A DNA stretch of 64,000 bases from Candidatus Multivorans sp. (GCA_965222875.1 CBDCVC010000002.1:802835-866834), one strand, 5' to 3'. Counted from the stretch's first letter, positions 25,506 through 40,075 are shown. A program made the numbers and translations. Notes: generated from the sequence alone by a model not told the origin.

Positions 25506-27938
25506 CTACCGGCCCGACCGCACCGGTACGCCCTGCCGGTACTGCTCCAGTCTCCGGTTCAGAAGCTCAAGCAGCCGTTCCCGGTCGGCCGGGGCCGCCT
25601 GCTGCCGTCCCGTGCCGCCGCGGATGGCCTCCAAGGCGGTCTCGATGGTCCGGATCGCGGCATCGAAGTCGCCGGTCTCGGCGTAGGCGGCGGCCAGAGT
25701 CTCGAGCAGAGCCGGCTCGGTGCCGCCGGCGACCGCATTCAGTTCGAGTGCGATGATCAGGGCGAGTTGGCCGTCGCGGCGGCCGGCATCCCGATCGGTC
25801 GCCAGGGTCCAGGCGAGGTCGTTGCCACGCGCGAGCAGACGCTCGTCCTCGACGTAGGCGCGCCGCAGGTGCTCCGTGCCTTCCAGAGCGCCCTCCGGTC
25901 CGCTACGCAGAAGAGTCAGCCCGAGTTCGTGGCGGCCGGCGGCGTGATTGGGGTCATGCTCCAGGAGCGATCGGTAACGCTTCACCGCTTCGTCCAGACG
26001 GCCCGTACCGGCAGCCACCTGAGCGGCGCCGTAGAGGGCGTCGACGTCGCGAGGCGCCACGTCGAGAATCGCCCGGTAGTGCGCCGCGGCGGCCTCCGGG
26101 TAGCCGCTGCGGACCGCCGCGACGGCCAGGATCCCGTGCGCCTCGACGTGCCGCGGATCGCGGTCGACGACCGCGGCGAACTGCTCCATCGCCGCAGCCA
26201 GCCGGTCCAGCTTGCCGAGCAACTGGCCGTAGAGGTATCTGAGATCCACATCGTCGGGGCTCTGCTCCACGGCGCGACCGAGTTCATCTGCCGCGGCCTC
26301 GGTTTGCCCCTCGCTGTCCAGGAGTTCGGCCAGCCGCACCCGGGCGGCGACATCGCCGGGATCCGCCGCCAGCGCCGACTCCACTTCGGCACGTACCTGG
26401 TCCACGTCGCCGGCGTCGACCAGGGCGTTCTGGTAGGCCATCCGCGCACCTGGATCGTCCGGTTCGAGGTCCAGGGCGGCGCGGGCGTGACGCGCGGCGG
26501 CCTGGTTGTCGCCGCGCCGGCTCTCGATCACCGCCAACCGCTGGAGTGACTTGAACAGCCGGTCCCGCGCACCGCGCTGCTCGAACGAGGCTCTCCCACC
26601 GCCGTCCGCCCGGCTGCCGTCCAGCCGCGCCTGCTCCACCTCCACCGACCGTTGCAGGAAGTCCACGGACTCGGTGGGGAAACGGTCCTCGAACCAGCGC
26701 GCGTAGCTGGCCAGCGACACCTCGTCCGGCGGCTCGGTGAACCAACGGCCGGCGACCGGCGCCGAGGCCGCCCGCAGCGCGGAGCGCGGAGCGTCGAGTA
26801 GTTCGAGGTCGGCCAGAAGATCGCCGGCGGTCACACCGCCACGGTAGAGAACGGCGACCCGGCCCTCGCCGTCGATCAGCATGGAGAACGGCAGCGACAG
26901 CGGGAAGCGGCGGTCGAACAGCGAGCGCTTGACGATCTCGACCTTGTCGAGGGTCTCCTCGGTCGCCATCCCGTTGCGGAACGGAAAGCCGATCCCGTCC
27001 ATGAACTCTCGGGCCGACTCCTCAGTCGTGGTCGGCACGTCGCCCATGCCATCGGTCGACAGCGCCGCGATCTCGAGCCCGGCTGCGCGTAGCGCATCCT
27101 CTGCGGCCGTCAGGTCGCGCAGCTCTGACCGGCAGGGAGCGCACCAGCTCGCCCAGATGTTGAGCAGTACGGGGCGACCCCGGCCGATCGCGACCGACGC
27201 CGGTTCCGAGGCGCCGAAGGGACGGAGCGTTAGCTGCGGCGAAGGCGGCCGCGGCGCCAGCACGACGCGGGCGCCCGTGATCGGCGCGGGCGGCTGCTGC
27301 TCACCGGGTTCGAGCGCTGTCTGCCGCCTTCGCGCGGGCGCCGGCGCCGCCCGGCCGCTGCCCTGGACGATCCGGTAGCGGCCGCCGGCCGCAATGCCGC
27401 TGAACGTCTCCCGGCCGGCGCCGGGCCAGTGGACCGTCACCACGCTCGCCGGTTGGCCGTCGCCGAGGCCGAAGTGCAGCCAGCGGCTGGACTGGGAGAG
27501 GAAGCCCTCGCCGGCGCGCACCGAGCGCCGCAAGACGCCGTCCGTCGTCCCAAGCTCGACCCGGGCGCCCACCGCGTCGCGGTTCGTGCCGGCGCCGTCG
27601 CCTTCGAGGTGCAGCGCGACAAAGCGGTCGTCCGCGGCCAACTCGTTGCGCATCAGCCGCAGCCGGGGCGCGGTCCGGTTGCTGATCGCCACATCCAGGT
27701 CGCCGTCGCCCTCCAGGTCGAGGAAGGCGACGCCGCGGCCGTCGTCCGGAAAGTCCAGACCGCTCACCGCCGAGGCGTTGGCAAAGGCGCCGCCCGCCCG
27801 GCCGGGGTTCAGGAAAACGCAGTTCCGTTCGTTGCCGCTGAAGGACAGCCCCTCGTCGAGCCGCTCGTGGAGCGCGCGCAGGGATTCGAGATAGGGCTCG
27901 AGCGAGCGGTCATCGGGAGTTCTGGGCGCACGCGGCAC
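25506..27938 (-). CDS. C-terminal part of a CRTAC1-like protein: ASPIC/UnbV, thioredoxin-like (TlpA) and TPR. It is separated from its upstream part by one in-frame TGA.
   Basis: ASPIC/UnbV motifs NRDAVGARVEL...SGEGFLSQSSRWLHFGLGDG...VTVHWPGAG, thioredoxin-like WASWCAPCRSE, and C-terminal TPR repeats. It is in the same frame as 27960..29784. Confidence 0.7.
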   Translation of the reverse strand: MPRAPRTPDDRSLEPYLESLRALHERLDEGLSFSGNERNCVFLNPGRAGGAFANASAVSGLDFPDDGRGVAFLDLEGDGDLDVAISNRTAPRLRLMRNELAADDRFVALHLEGDGAGTNRDAVGARVELGTTDGVLRRSVRAGEGFLSQSSRWLHFGLGDGQPASVVTVHWPGAGRETFSGIAAGGRYRIVQGSGRAAPAPARRRQTALEPGEQQPPAPITGARVVLAPRPPSPQLTLRPFGASEPASVAIGRGRPVLLNIWASWCAPCRSELRDLTAAEDALRAAGLEIAALSTDGMGDVPTTTEESAREFMDGIGFPFRNGMATEETLDKVEIVKRSLFDRRFPLSLPFSMLIDGEGRVAVLYRGGVTAGDLLADLELLDAPRSALRAASAPVAGRWFTEPPDEVSLASYARWFEDRFPTESVDFLQRSVEVEQARLDGSRADGGGRASFEQRGARDRLFKSLQRLAVIESRRGDNQAAARHARAALDLEPDDPGARMAYQNALVDAGDVDQVRAEVESALAADPGDVAARVRLAELLDSEGQTEAAADELGRAVEQSPDDVDLRYLYGQLLGKLDRLAAAMEQFAAVVDRDPRHVEAHGILAVAAVRSGYPEAAAAHYRAILDVAPRDVDALYGAAQVAAGTGRLDEAVKRYRSLLEHDPNHAAGRHELGLTLLRSGPEGALEGTEHLRRAYVEDERLLARGNDLAWTLATDRDAGRRDGQLALIIALELNAVAGGTEPALLETLAAAYAETGDFDAAIRTIETALEAIRGGTGRQQAAPADRERLLELLNRRLEQYRQGVPVRSGR

Positions 27939-27959
27939 GACCTGCCGCCAAAAGAAGCT

Positions 27960-29784
27960 TCACAGGTCGTCCGGGAGGGTCTGGGTCAGGTTGCCGTTGG
28001 CTACCACCAGGTCCTCCCAGCCATCGTTGTTGATGTCCGCGAACACCGACGACCAGGACCACCGGCCCATCGCTACGTCGGCCTGGACGCTCCGGTCGAC
28101 GAAGCCGCCGCCTGTGCCCGCGAACAGCGAATTGCCGCGCGCCATCCGCTGGACCTCCGCCAGCGGACCGGCGCGCTGCCGGTCGCGCTCGAACTTCCGC
28201 TGGTAGGTGATCCGGTTGCCCGCGGCCGAGAACATGTTGCCGACGTAGACGTCCATGCGGCCGTCGCGGTTGTAGTCGGCCCAGCTCACCGACATCCCGG
28301 ACGAGATGTCCTCGACTCCGGCATCCGCCGCCACGTCGACGAACGTGCCGCCGTCGTTGCGGTACAGGTTGTTGCGGCCGTAGTCGTTCGCCACGTAGAG
28401 GTCGGCGTCGCCGTCGCCGTCGTAGTCCTCCCACGACGCCGCCAGGCTGAAGCGGCGGTTGTTGCGGTCGAGCCCCGCCGAGGCCGTCGCGTCGACGAAC
28501 CGGAAACCGCCGTCGTTGCGGAGCAGCACGTTGCGGCCGCCGTTGTTCGCGTCGTGGTACGGCACCGGGCTCGCCACCCCGCGCTCGTCGTAGGCGCGGC
28601 GGTAGGCGCAGACGTAGAGGTCGAGGTCGCCGTCGCCGTCGTAGTCGGCCGCCGACAGCGAGTTGCTGTCGGGGATGTCGCCGGCGATGTAGCGGACGCG
28701 GGCGAAGCCGCCGTCGCCGTCGTTCTCGAGCACCAGCACCGCCGGCCGGCTGGAGAGCGCCAGGTCCGGGTCGCCGTCGTTGTCGAGATCGACGAACAGC
28801 CCGGCGAGGGCGCGCTCCAGGTAGTCGACCGCCGCCGCTGCCGAGCGGTCGTCGAACGTGCCGTTCGGGTTCTGTAGGTAGAGACGGTTCGGCAGTCCGC
28901 CCTGCTCGGGCAGGAAGATGTCCTCCAGACCGTCGCCGTTGACGTCGGCGACGGACACGCCCTGCCATCCCGTCTTGTTGTAGCCCGCCGCCTTGGTGAT
29001 CCGGTTGAGCCAGGCGTCCGGCGGCTGCAGCAGTTGCTCCCGGTAGCTCGGGTTGTGACCGACGGCGGCTTCGGTGACGTCAACGAACAGGGGCCCTCCG
29101 GCCGCGGAGGTCTCCTCGTAGTCGCTCACCTCGACCGTGCGCAGGAGCGGCTGGCCGGCGCCGTCCGGCGGCACCGTCCAGGTCGTCGTCCAGACCGCGT
29201 TCAACTGGCGACTGCCGCCTGCTCCCGGTGCCGACGCCTCGAAGTAGGAGCGGGTACTGAAGCTCGCCGCGTCGCCCTCGATCGTGAAGAGCTTGAAGTC
29301 GGCCCGCGGCGATCCGCTGCCGGTCAAGCGCCCGCCCAACACCAGCAGCGCGTCCACGAAACCCTCGACGCCCCTATAGGCGAAGCGCCCGGGCTGGCCA
29401 ACACTCACAGCGAAAGTCGCACCGGTGTAGCGCTCGCTCAATTCATCGGGGACGAAGCCCCGGGTCTCGAACGTCTCGTCAACCGCCTCATCCAACGCAT
29501 CCAGCGACACCGCGGCCACGCCGCCTACGAGCCAGCCCGCGATGCGCTTGAGCTGCGCCTCGGCCTGTTCGCTGAGCGCTTCGCTGTCCCAGCCATCGGC
29601 ACGGGGATCAACGGCAGCGGCGAAGTTCTCCGGCCCGAAGGCGGGAGATGTCTCAACAGCCGCGGCCGCCGCGCGGCGATCCTGTGCCACCGCCGTCGGT
29701 GAGGCGCCCAGCAGGACTATCGCCGAGAACGTAGCCGCAGCAGGCAGAACAGACGGTGGCTTCAACAAGTTCTTGAGTGCCATT
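27960..29784 (-). CDS. N-terminal part of the same CRTAC1-like protein: signal peptide plus FG-GAP/VCBS repeats
   Basis: The probable start MALKNLLKPPSVLPAAATFSAIVLLGASPTAVAQD is at 29784. Repeated DxDGDGDxDL FG-GAP motifs follow. It ends at TGA 27960-27962. Confidence 0.7.
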
Positions 29785-29989
29785 CGGCACGCGGATGGTG
29801 AGTTCCGCGAAAGCGGCGTCTTCAAGCCGGGCGAACGAAACGCCCTCGGCAGGAGGCGGCGATCCCGCGACGGGGCACACAGCGCGTTGGACTCTATCGG
29901 CAGCGCGCCGAATCCAGAGCCGCCGGCAAGCCCGCAACTTGCTATCATTTCGCCTGCAACACGCCCTTGGGCCGAAGGGAGAGTACGAA

Positions 29990-30226
29990 ATGGGGAACTT
30001 GACTGTCCGCAACCTCGACGATCGCGTTGTCGATCAACTAAAGGAGAAAGCACGGGAGAACCACCGCTCCCTGGAGGCCGAGGTTCGCCACCGTCTCACC
30101 GAGAGCGTCTCGAACCGGCTCCGCATGGCAACGTTCCGCGAGCGCACGAGGCGTCTTGCAGAGGCGACAGCCGGCACACCTCAAACGGACAGCACGATCC
30201 TGATACGCGAAGATCGAGACCGTTGA
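29990..30226 (+). CDS. RHH/FitA-like antitoxin (VapB-type)
   Basis: RBS GGGAGAG precedes the ATG. MGNLTVRNLDDRVVDQLKEKARENHRSLEAEVRHRL is the ribbon-helix-helix plasmid-stability antitoxin pattern. Its stop overlaps the next start (TTGA). Confidence 0.7.
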   Translation: MGNLTVRNLDDRVVDQLKEKARENHRSLEAEVRHRLTESVSNRLRMATFRERTRRLAEATAGTPQTDSTILIREDRDR

Positions 30227-31059
30227 GGGTCACGGTCGATGCGAGCGGCGTCATCAAGTGGTACGTGGCCGAGCCACGGCGGGCTGAAGCGCGCCTTCTG
30301 CTTGAAGACGGCATCGACTGCCACGCGCCCGACTTCGTCCTGATCGAATGCGCCAACGTTCTCTGGAAGAAGAGTCGCCGGAAAGAGATCGCAGACCCGG
30401 CTACTCTTCTCGAAGAGATCCAACGGTCGAAAGTCGTCAAGCTTCACCCTTCGGCCAGCCTGCTACTCGATGCGACGAAGACGGCGGAGGCGATAGATCA
30501 CCCCGTCTACGACTGTCTCTACATCACCTGCGCTCAGCACACCGGCTCCACGCTGGTCACCGACGATCGACGGCTGACGAGCGTCGTCAAGGAGAGACTG
30601 CCGTCACTCCCGGTACTGAACCTCCAGGACCCGGAGGCGGCCCAGACGATCGCAGCAGCAGCTATCCGGCTAGTCATAGACCCGGGAAGGCTCGATGAGC
30701 TACTCGGCGCCGTTCGTCGGCTCGACGCGACCAGCAAGAACATCTTCGAGAGCTGGCTCCGTGAAACAGGCGGATCCAGGGACGCCGAGCCTGAAGAACG
30801 CGCGCTACTTGAGGATTCGATCCCCGTCCAGGAACTGCTCCGTCTCATCGGTGGGTTGAGCGACGACGAGCGAGTCGACCTACTGGCTCTCGGCTGGCTC
30901 GGCATGAGCAGCTCGGAAACGGAATCCTGGGATCGCCTGCTCATCCGCGCGAGTGAATCGGCCGGGGGGTTCGACGCTCGGCAGATTGCGAATCTCTGCC
31001 ACTACTGGGCCAAGGGTCGGGACCGCCTCGCCAAGCTCCGCACGCACCCTCCCGCGTAA
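30223..31059 (+). CDS. PIN-domain (VapC-like) protein with a roughly 125-aa C-terminal extension of unknown function
   Basis: VTVDASGVIKWYVAEP...DFVLIECANVLWKK...VYDCLYITCAQHTGSTLVTDD is a PIN acidic-residue pattern. The extra C-terminal region RLVIDPGRLDELLGAV...CHYWAKGRDRLAKL follows in the same frame. Confidence 0.6.
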   Translation: MRVTVDASGVIKWYVAEPRRAEARLLLEDGIDCHAPDFVLIECANVLWKKSRRKEIADPATLLEEIQRSKVVKLHPSASLLLDATKTAEAIDHPVYDCLYITCAQHTGSTLVTDDRRLTSVVKERLPSLPVLNLQDPEAAQTIAAAAIRLVIDPGRLDELLGAVRRLDATSKNIFESWLRETGGSRDAEPEERALLEDSIPVQELLRLIGGLSDDERVDLLALGWLGMSSSETESWDRLLIRASESAGGFDARQIANLCHYWAKGRDRLAKLRTHPPA

Positions 31060-31112
31060 CGACGCCTCCTGGCGCCGGCCTACCAACCCATCCCCTCTTC
31101 TATGATCGACCC

Positions 31113-33329
31113 GTGAGCCCCGGTTCCAGGATCCCCTTCGGCCTGGGGCAAACCAAGCCGCACCACTTCCTGGAGATGGCCAAGGTGGCCTGGCGGAACC
31201 GGGACGAGGGCGGCTACGCGTGGCGCATCCTGCGCGACGGGGTCTGCGACGGCTGCGCGCTGGGCACTTCGGGTTTGCGTGACTGGACACTGGACGGCGT
31301 CCACCTGTGCATGGTGCGTCTCGATCTGCTGCGGCTGAACACGATGCCGGCCCTCGACCCGGCCGTCCTCGCCGATGCCGACGCTCTCTCCGCCCGCGAC
31401 TCCACGGCGCTGCGCGGTCTGGGACGCCTCGCTCACCCGATGCTGCGACGGGCCGGAGAGCCAGGGTTCCGGCGGATCGGCTGGCCCGAGGCGACCGACA
31501 TCACGGCGTCCAGGCTCGCGGACGTCCGGCAGCGCGACCCCACGCGGGCGGCCTTCTTCCTGACCTCGCGCGGCATTCCCAACGAGACCTACTACGTGGC
31601 GCAGAAGGCCGCCCGCTTCTTCGGCACGCCCCACGTAGACACCGCTGCCCGCCTCTGCCACGCCGCCTCCACGGTGGCGTTGCATCGCGCGCTGGGATTC
31701 GGCGCCGCGACCAACTCCTACCGCGACTGGCTCGACGCGGACCTGATCGTGTTCTTCGGCTCGAACGTGCCGAACAACCAGCCGGTGACGATCAAGTATC
31801 TCCACTTCGCCCGCCGCCGGGGCGCCGAGATCGCGGTCGTCAACCCGTATCGCGAACCCGGCCTCAAGCGCTACTGGGTGCCGTCGGTCCCTTCGAGCGC
31901 CCTGTTCGGCACCGACCTCGCCCAGCACTGGTTCGCGGTCGACACCGGCGGCGACCTCGCCTTCCTGAACGGCACGATGAAGGCCCTGCTCGATCTGCCC
32001 GGAGGCGTCGCGCGCGACTTCGTCGATCGCTCCACCGAGGGCTTCGCCGAGGTCGAGGCGGCGCTGAGAGGAACCGGCTGGTCCGAGCTCGAGAGCTCGA
32101 GCGGCGCCTCGCGTGCCGAGATGGAGCGATTCGCCGGGCTTCTCTGCTCCAAGCCGAAGACCGTCCTGGTCTGGTCGATGGGGCTGACCCAGCACCGCCA
32201 CGGTGTCGACACCGTGCTCGCGATCTGCAACCTCGGCCTGATGCGCGGCCTCCCGGGCCGCCCCGCCGCGGGCCTGGTTCCGATCCGCGGCCATTCCGGC
32301 GTCCAGGGCGGGTCCGAGGTCGGCTGCGCACCGGTGACCGAAGCGCAGACGCTCGATCGTTGGGCCGGGGTCTGGGGTTTCGAGCCCCCGCGCGGCCCCG
32401 GACTGGCCGCGACCGGCCAGATCGAGGCGGCGGCGGCCGGAGACATCGACGCGTTCTGGATACTCGGCGGCAACTTCCTGGAAACGACGCCGGACCGGGA
32501 GCGAGTAGAGAGCGCGCTGCACCGGCCGAAGCTCCGGATCCACCAGGACATCGTGCTCAACAGCGCGATGCTGGTCGAACCAAGCGACACGGTGCTGCTG
32601 CTGCCGGCTACGACCCGCTACGAGATCCCCGGAGGCGTGACCGAGACGACGACAGAGAGGCGGATCGTCTACTCGCCGCCGATCGACTACGGGGGCGCCG
32701 GGGCGCGGCGGCTCGGCGAATGCCGCCCGGAGTGGGAAGTGCTGTGCGAGATCGTCTCCAGGGTCCGGCCCGAGCCGCGAGGCGTCCTCGACTTCGCCGA
32801 CACGGCCGCGATCCGCGACGAGATCGCACGCGCCGAACCGCGCTACGCCGGCATCGAGCACCTGAAGCAGAAGGGCGACGAGGTCCAGTGGGGCGGTCCG
32901 CGCCTGTTCAAGGATGGACGCTTCGCGACCCCCTCGGGCCGAGCCGGCTTCCATGCCGTCGAACCGCCCGCGGAGCGCGGCCTCGAGGATGGCGAGCTCT
33001 TCCTCTCGACCCGCCGCGGCCGCCAGTTCAACTCGATGGTCCATCACGGGCGCGATGCCCTGACCGGTCTGGAACGCTCCGACCTGCTGATGAACGCCGA
33101 GGACGGTCGTATCCGGGAGATCGCGGACGGCGACCGCGTGGTCGTCTCGTCTCCCGTTTCGCAGGTCGAACTGGTGGCGCGCTTCCAACCGATCAAGGCG
33201 GGCAACGTCGAAGCGCACTGGCCGGAGTGCATGGAGCTGCTGCCCTGGTCACTGGATCCCGACTCCGGCGAGCCCGAATACGGCGTTCGGGTCAAGGTCG
33301 AACAGGTGGGCGCGAGCCGTGACGGCTAG
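31113..33329 (+). CDS. Molybdopterin oxidoreductase alpha subunit, FdhF/YdeP family (formate dehydrogenase-like)
   Basis: The N-terminal Fe-S Cys motif is VCDGCALG. MopB-domain composition; C-terminal molybdopterin dinucleotide-binding-like region. Confidence 0.75.
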   Translation: MSPGSRIPFGLGQTKPHHFLEMAKVAWRNRDEGGYAWRILRDGVCDGCALGTSGLRDWTLDGVHLCMVRLDLLRLNTMPALDPAVLADADALSARDSTALRGLGRLAHPMLRRAGEPGFRRIGWPEATDITASRLADVRQRDPTRAAFFLTSRGIPNETYYVAQKAARFFGTPHVDTAARLCHAASTVALHRALGFGAATNSYRDWLDADLIVFFGSNVPNNQPVTIKYLHFARRRGAEIAVVNPYREPGLKRYWVPSVPSSALFGTDLAQHWFAVDTGGDLAFLNGTMKALLDLPGGVARDFVDRSTEGFAEVEAALRGTGWSELESSSGASRAEMERFAGLLCSKPKTVLVWSMGLTQHRHGVDTVLAICNLGLMRGLPGRPAAGLVPIRGHSGVQGGSEVGCAPVTEAQTLDRWAGVWGFEPPRGPGLAATGQIEAAAAGDIDAFWILGGNFLETTPDRERVESALHRPKLRIHQDIVLNSAMLVEPSDTVLLLPATTRYEIPGGVTETTTERRIVYSPPIDYGGAGARRLGECRPEWEVLCEIVSRVRPEPRGVLDFADTAAIRDEIARAEPRYAGIEHLKQKGDEVQWGGPRLFKDGRFATPSGRAGFHAVEPPAERGLEDGELFLSTRRGRQFNSMVHHGRDALTGLERSDLLMNAEDGRIREIADGDRVVVSSPVSQVELVARFQPIKAGNVEAHWPECMELLPWSLDPDSGEPEYGVRVKVEQVGASRDG

Positions 33330-34242
33330 GCCGCCTGAGACCACTGAGCGCCCCGCAGCCCGCGCGGCGCTGGTCGAGCGGGACGCCGGCGAGGTGCGGA
33401 GCGACCGGGTGGCGATCGAAGAGCCGCTGGAGATCCGCGTCGACGGCGAGGCCCTCGTGGTCACCATGCGCAGTCCGGGCGACGACGCGGAACTGACCCT
33501 GGGATACCTCTATGCCGAGGGCTGGATCGAAGAACTCGCCGATGTCGACGCGGTCACCGCCGGCAGCGCGGCGCCCACCGGCGGGCAGCATGACACTCAC
33601 GCGGCCGCCGACTCGACCAGCGTCTCGGGCTCGATCGTCGATGTCCGGCTATCCGGCAAGGGGCGTAGACGCTCCCGCCTGCGGGCCGACGCGAGCGAGC
33701 GCGAGCGCGCTTTCCGCGTCACCAGCGCCTGCGGCGTCTGCGGCAAGCCCTCGCTCGAAGACCTGTGGGTCCGCCTGCCGGCGATCCGGCCGCTGGCCCT
33801 CGAACCGGACCGCGAACGACGACTGGTGCAGGGCCTGCCCGCGGCGATGCAGGAACGCCAGGCGCTGTTCAGCGACACGGGAGGCGTTCATGCGGCCGCC
33901 CTGTTCGACGTCGACGGCAGCCGCGCCGAGCTGCTGTGGCTCTTCGAGGACATCGGCCGTCACAACGCGGTCGACAAAGTCGTCGGGCGGGCGCTTCGAT
34001 CGGGACGACTGCCCCTGGAATCCACCATGCTGGCTGTGAGCGGCCGCCTCGGCTTCGAGATCGTCCAGAAGGCGGCGGTCGCCGGCGTACCCCTGATTGC
34101 CGCCGTTGGAGCGCCGTCCAGCCTGGCGCTGGACATTGCCCACCTGGCTGGTATCCGCATCTACGCCTTCGTTGCCGGCGACCGCAGCAACCTTTATCCC
34201 GCGGCGCCGGTCGAGGCGCGCCAGGTAACCGGCGCCGATTGA
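33319..34242 (+). CDS. fdhD: Formate dehydrogenase accessory sulfurtransferase FdhD
   Basis: SACGVCGK and GRHNAVDK motifs. It overlaps the 3' end of the oxidoreductase gene. Confidence 0.85.
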   Translation: MTARPPETTERPAARAALVERDAGEVRSDRVAIEEPLEIRVDGEALVVTMRSPGDDAELTLGYLYAEGWIEELADVDAVTAGSAAPTGGQHDTHAAADSTSVSGSIVDVRLSGKGRRRSRLRADASERERAFRVTSACGVCGKPSLEDLWVRLPAIRPLALEPDRERRLVQGLPAAMQERQALFSDTGGVHAAALFDVDGSRAELLWLFEDIGRHNAVDKVVGRALRSGRLPLESTMLAVSGRLGFEIVQKAAVAGVPLIAAVGAPSSLALDIAHLAGIRIYAFVAGDRSNLYPAAPVEARQVTGAD

Positions 34243-34303
34243 CGGTTCCGACTCGCGGGCATAGGTTGACCCGCAGGAGGCTTCTCTACAGGGAGAGACA
34301 ACG

Positions 34304-34320
34304 ATGACGAGGACCTTGAA

Positions 34321-34324
<4 letters not shown>
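34304..34324 (+). other. 6-codon upstream mini-ORF (MTRTLK*) with a perfect SD, its stop overlapping the GTG start of gdh
   Basis: GGGAGAG lies 7 nt upstream of ATG 34304. The TGA at 34322-34324 overlaps GTG 34321 (GTGA). Confidence 0.3.
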
Positions 34325-35778
<1,454 letters not shown>

Positions 35779-35800
35779 TCCGCCACGGCGCCGACGCCTC

Positions 35801-36750
35801 TTGATCTCCGTACTCCTCATCGTGCTCGGCATCGCCGTGCTCTGGGCCGGCGGCGAGATCCTCGTGCGCTCGGTGACCGGTCTGGCGGCGTTGCTGGGAG
35901 TAAGCCCGACGGTGATCGGTCTGACCGTTGTCGCCTTCGGCACCTCGGCGCCGGAACTGGTGGTGGCAATCAGCGCCGCGCTGCGCGACTCCCCCGGCCT
36001 GGTCTATGGCAACGTGGTCGGATCGAACATCGCCAACGTCGGTCTGATCCTGGGGCTATCGGCGCTGGCAGCACCGCTCCGCGGCAACGACCAGGCTAGC
36101 GAGCGCCAGGCCATCCGCCTCGTCCGCCGCGAGTTGCCCTTCATGCTCGCCACCGCGCTGCTCGTGCTGGCCTTTGTCGCTCTTGGCCAGCTCGGGCGAA
36201 TCGAAGGCGGCATCCTCCTCGCGCTGATGGCCTACTTCCTCGTCGTCCTGGTGCGCACCGGCGACGTCGAAGCGCCAAGCCCGCACGGCGGGAGTGGACT
36301 CAAGTCCATCCTGGGCACGCTAGTGGGACTGACGTTGCTCATCGTAGGCGCCGGCGAGCTCCTGGTTCCGGCAGCAGAGGATCTCGCCCGTGCAGTCGGC
36401 GTCAGCGAACGCGTGATCGGCCTCACCGTCGTAGCCTTCGGAACCAGCGTGCCGGAGCTGGCTGCCTGCCTGGTAGCGGCATACCGCCGTCACCACGGCA
36501 TCGTGCTGGGAAACATCATCGGCTCGAACGTGTTCAACATCCTGCTCGTCCTGCCGGCCGCGGTGCTCATCCGTCCCTTTGCCACGACCTTCTCCGCCGA
36601 GGGACTGGACGCCGTCGTGATGCTCGTCTTCAGCTCGCTCCTGTTCCTCGCCATCTACATGCTGAGGCACGGGCGCAGCATCGGACGAACCTGGGGCATC
36701 CTGCTGCTCGCGGTCTACGGCCCCTACGTAGCCTGGCTCTTCACCGAACG

Positions 36751-36754
<4 letters not shown>
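35801..36754 (+). CDS. CaCA-family cation (Ca2+/Na+):H+ antiporter
   Basis: Two alpha-repeats with GTSAPEL / GTSVPEL motifs, and 10 or more hydrophobic helices. Confidence 0.8.
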
Positions 36755-39678
<2,924 letters not shown>

Positions 39679-39899
39679 TAGCGAGGAAGCCGTCCGGCGG
39701 CAGGTGTAGCAGCTGCCGCGGCTCTGCGGACACGCCGCCATCCGCCTGTTTCTCGCCGTGGTCGAAGTCGATGTAGTGACCTTCACCTGACGGCTTGATG
39801 ATGAACGCGTAGCGGTAAGAGGAGCCTTCGGTGCCGGGATCGTCTCAGTCCCACCGGATCTCCAGTCTCTGGGTCTTGGTCAGCGGCGGACGTCCAGTG

Positions 39900-39940
39900 G
39901 TGCGTCAGTTTGAGATCGGGTAGTGCGTCAGTTTGAGATC
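39900..39940 (+). repeat. Tandem direct repeat, 18-bp unit GTGCGTCAGTTTGAGATC x2 (period 23)
   Basis: Copies at 39900-39917 and 39923-39940. It lies inside a roughly 400-bp spacer between the convergent gcvP and metallopeptidase genes. Confidence 0.6.
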
Positions 39941-40075
39941 TTCGGCGCGGCTAGTCATCTCTGCCCCGTCCCGCGACCCACGCTTGCGTTGGACCTGGAC
40001 CAACCACCTTTCCGGCGCCCGTGAGTCCTCCGGAAGACCGAACACGCGATCTCATGGTAGGTCCCGGCTGGTGCT

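Noticed and set aside
27960-27962. Reading the in-frame TGA in the CRTAC1-like gene as a selenocysteine codon
   Set aside because: The codon lies in an inter-domain linker, not in the thioredoxin CxxC motif where Sec normally substitutes Cys. Other genes here clearly terminate with TGA. No SECIS could be assessed without folding, so the question is left open in the findings rather than called.
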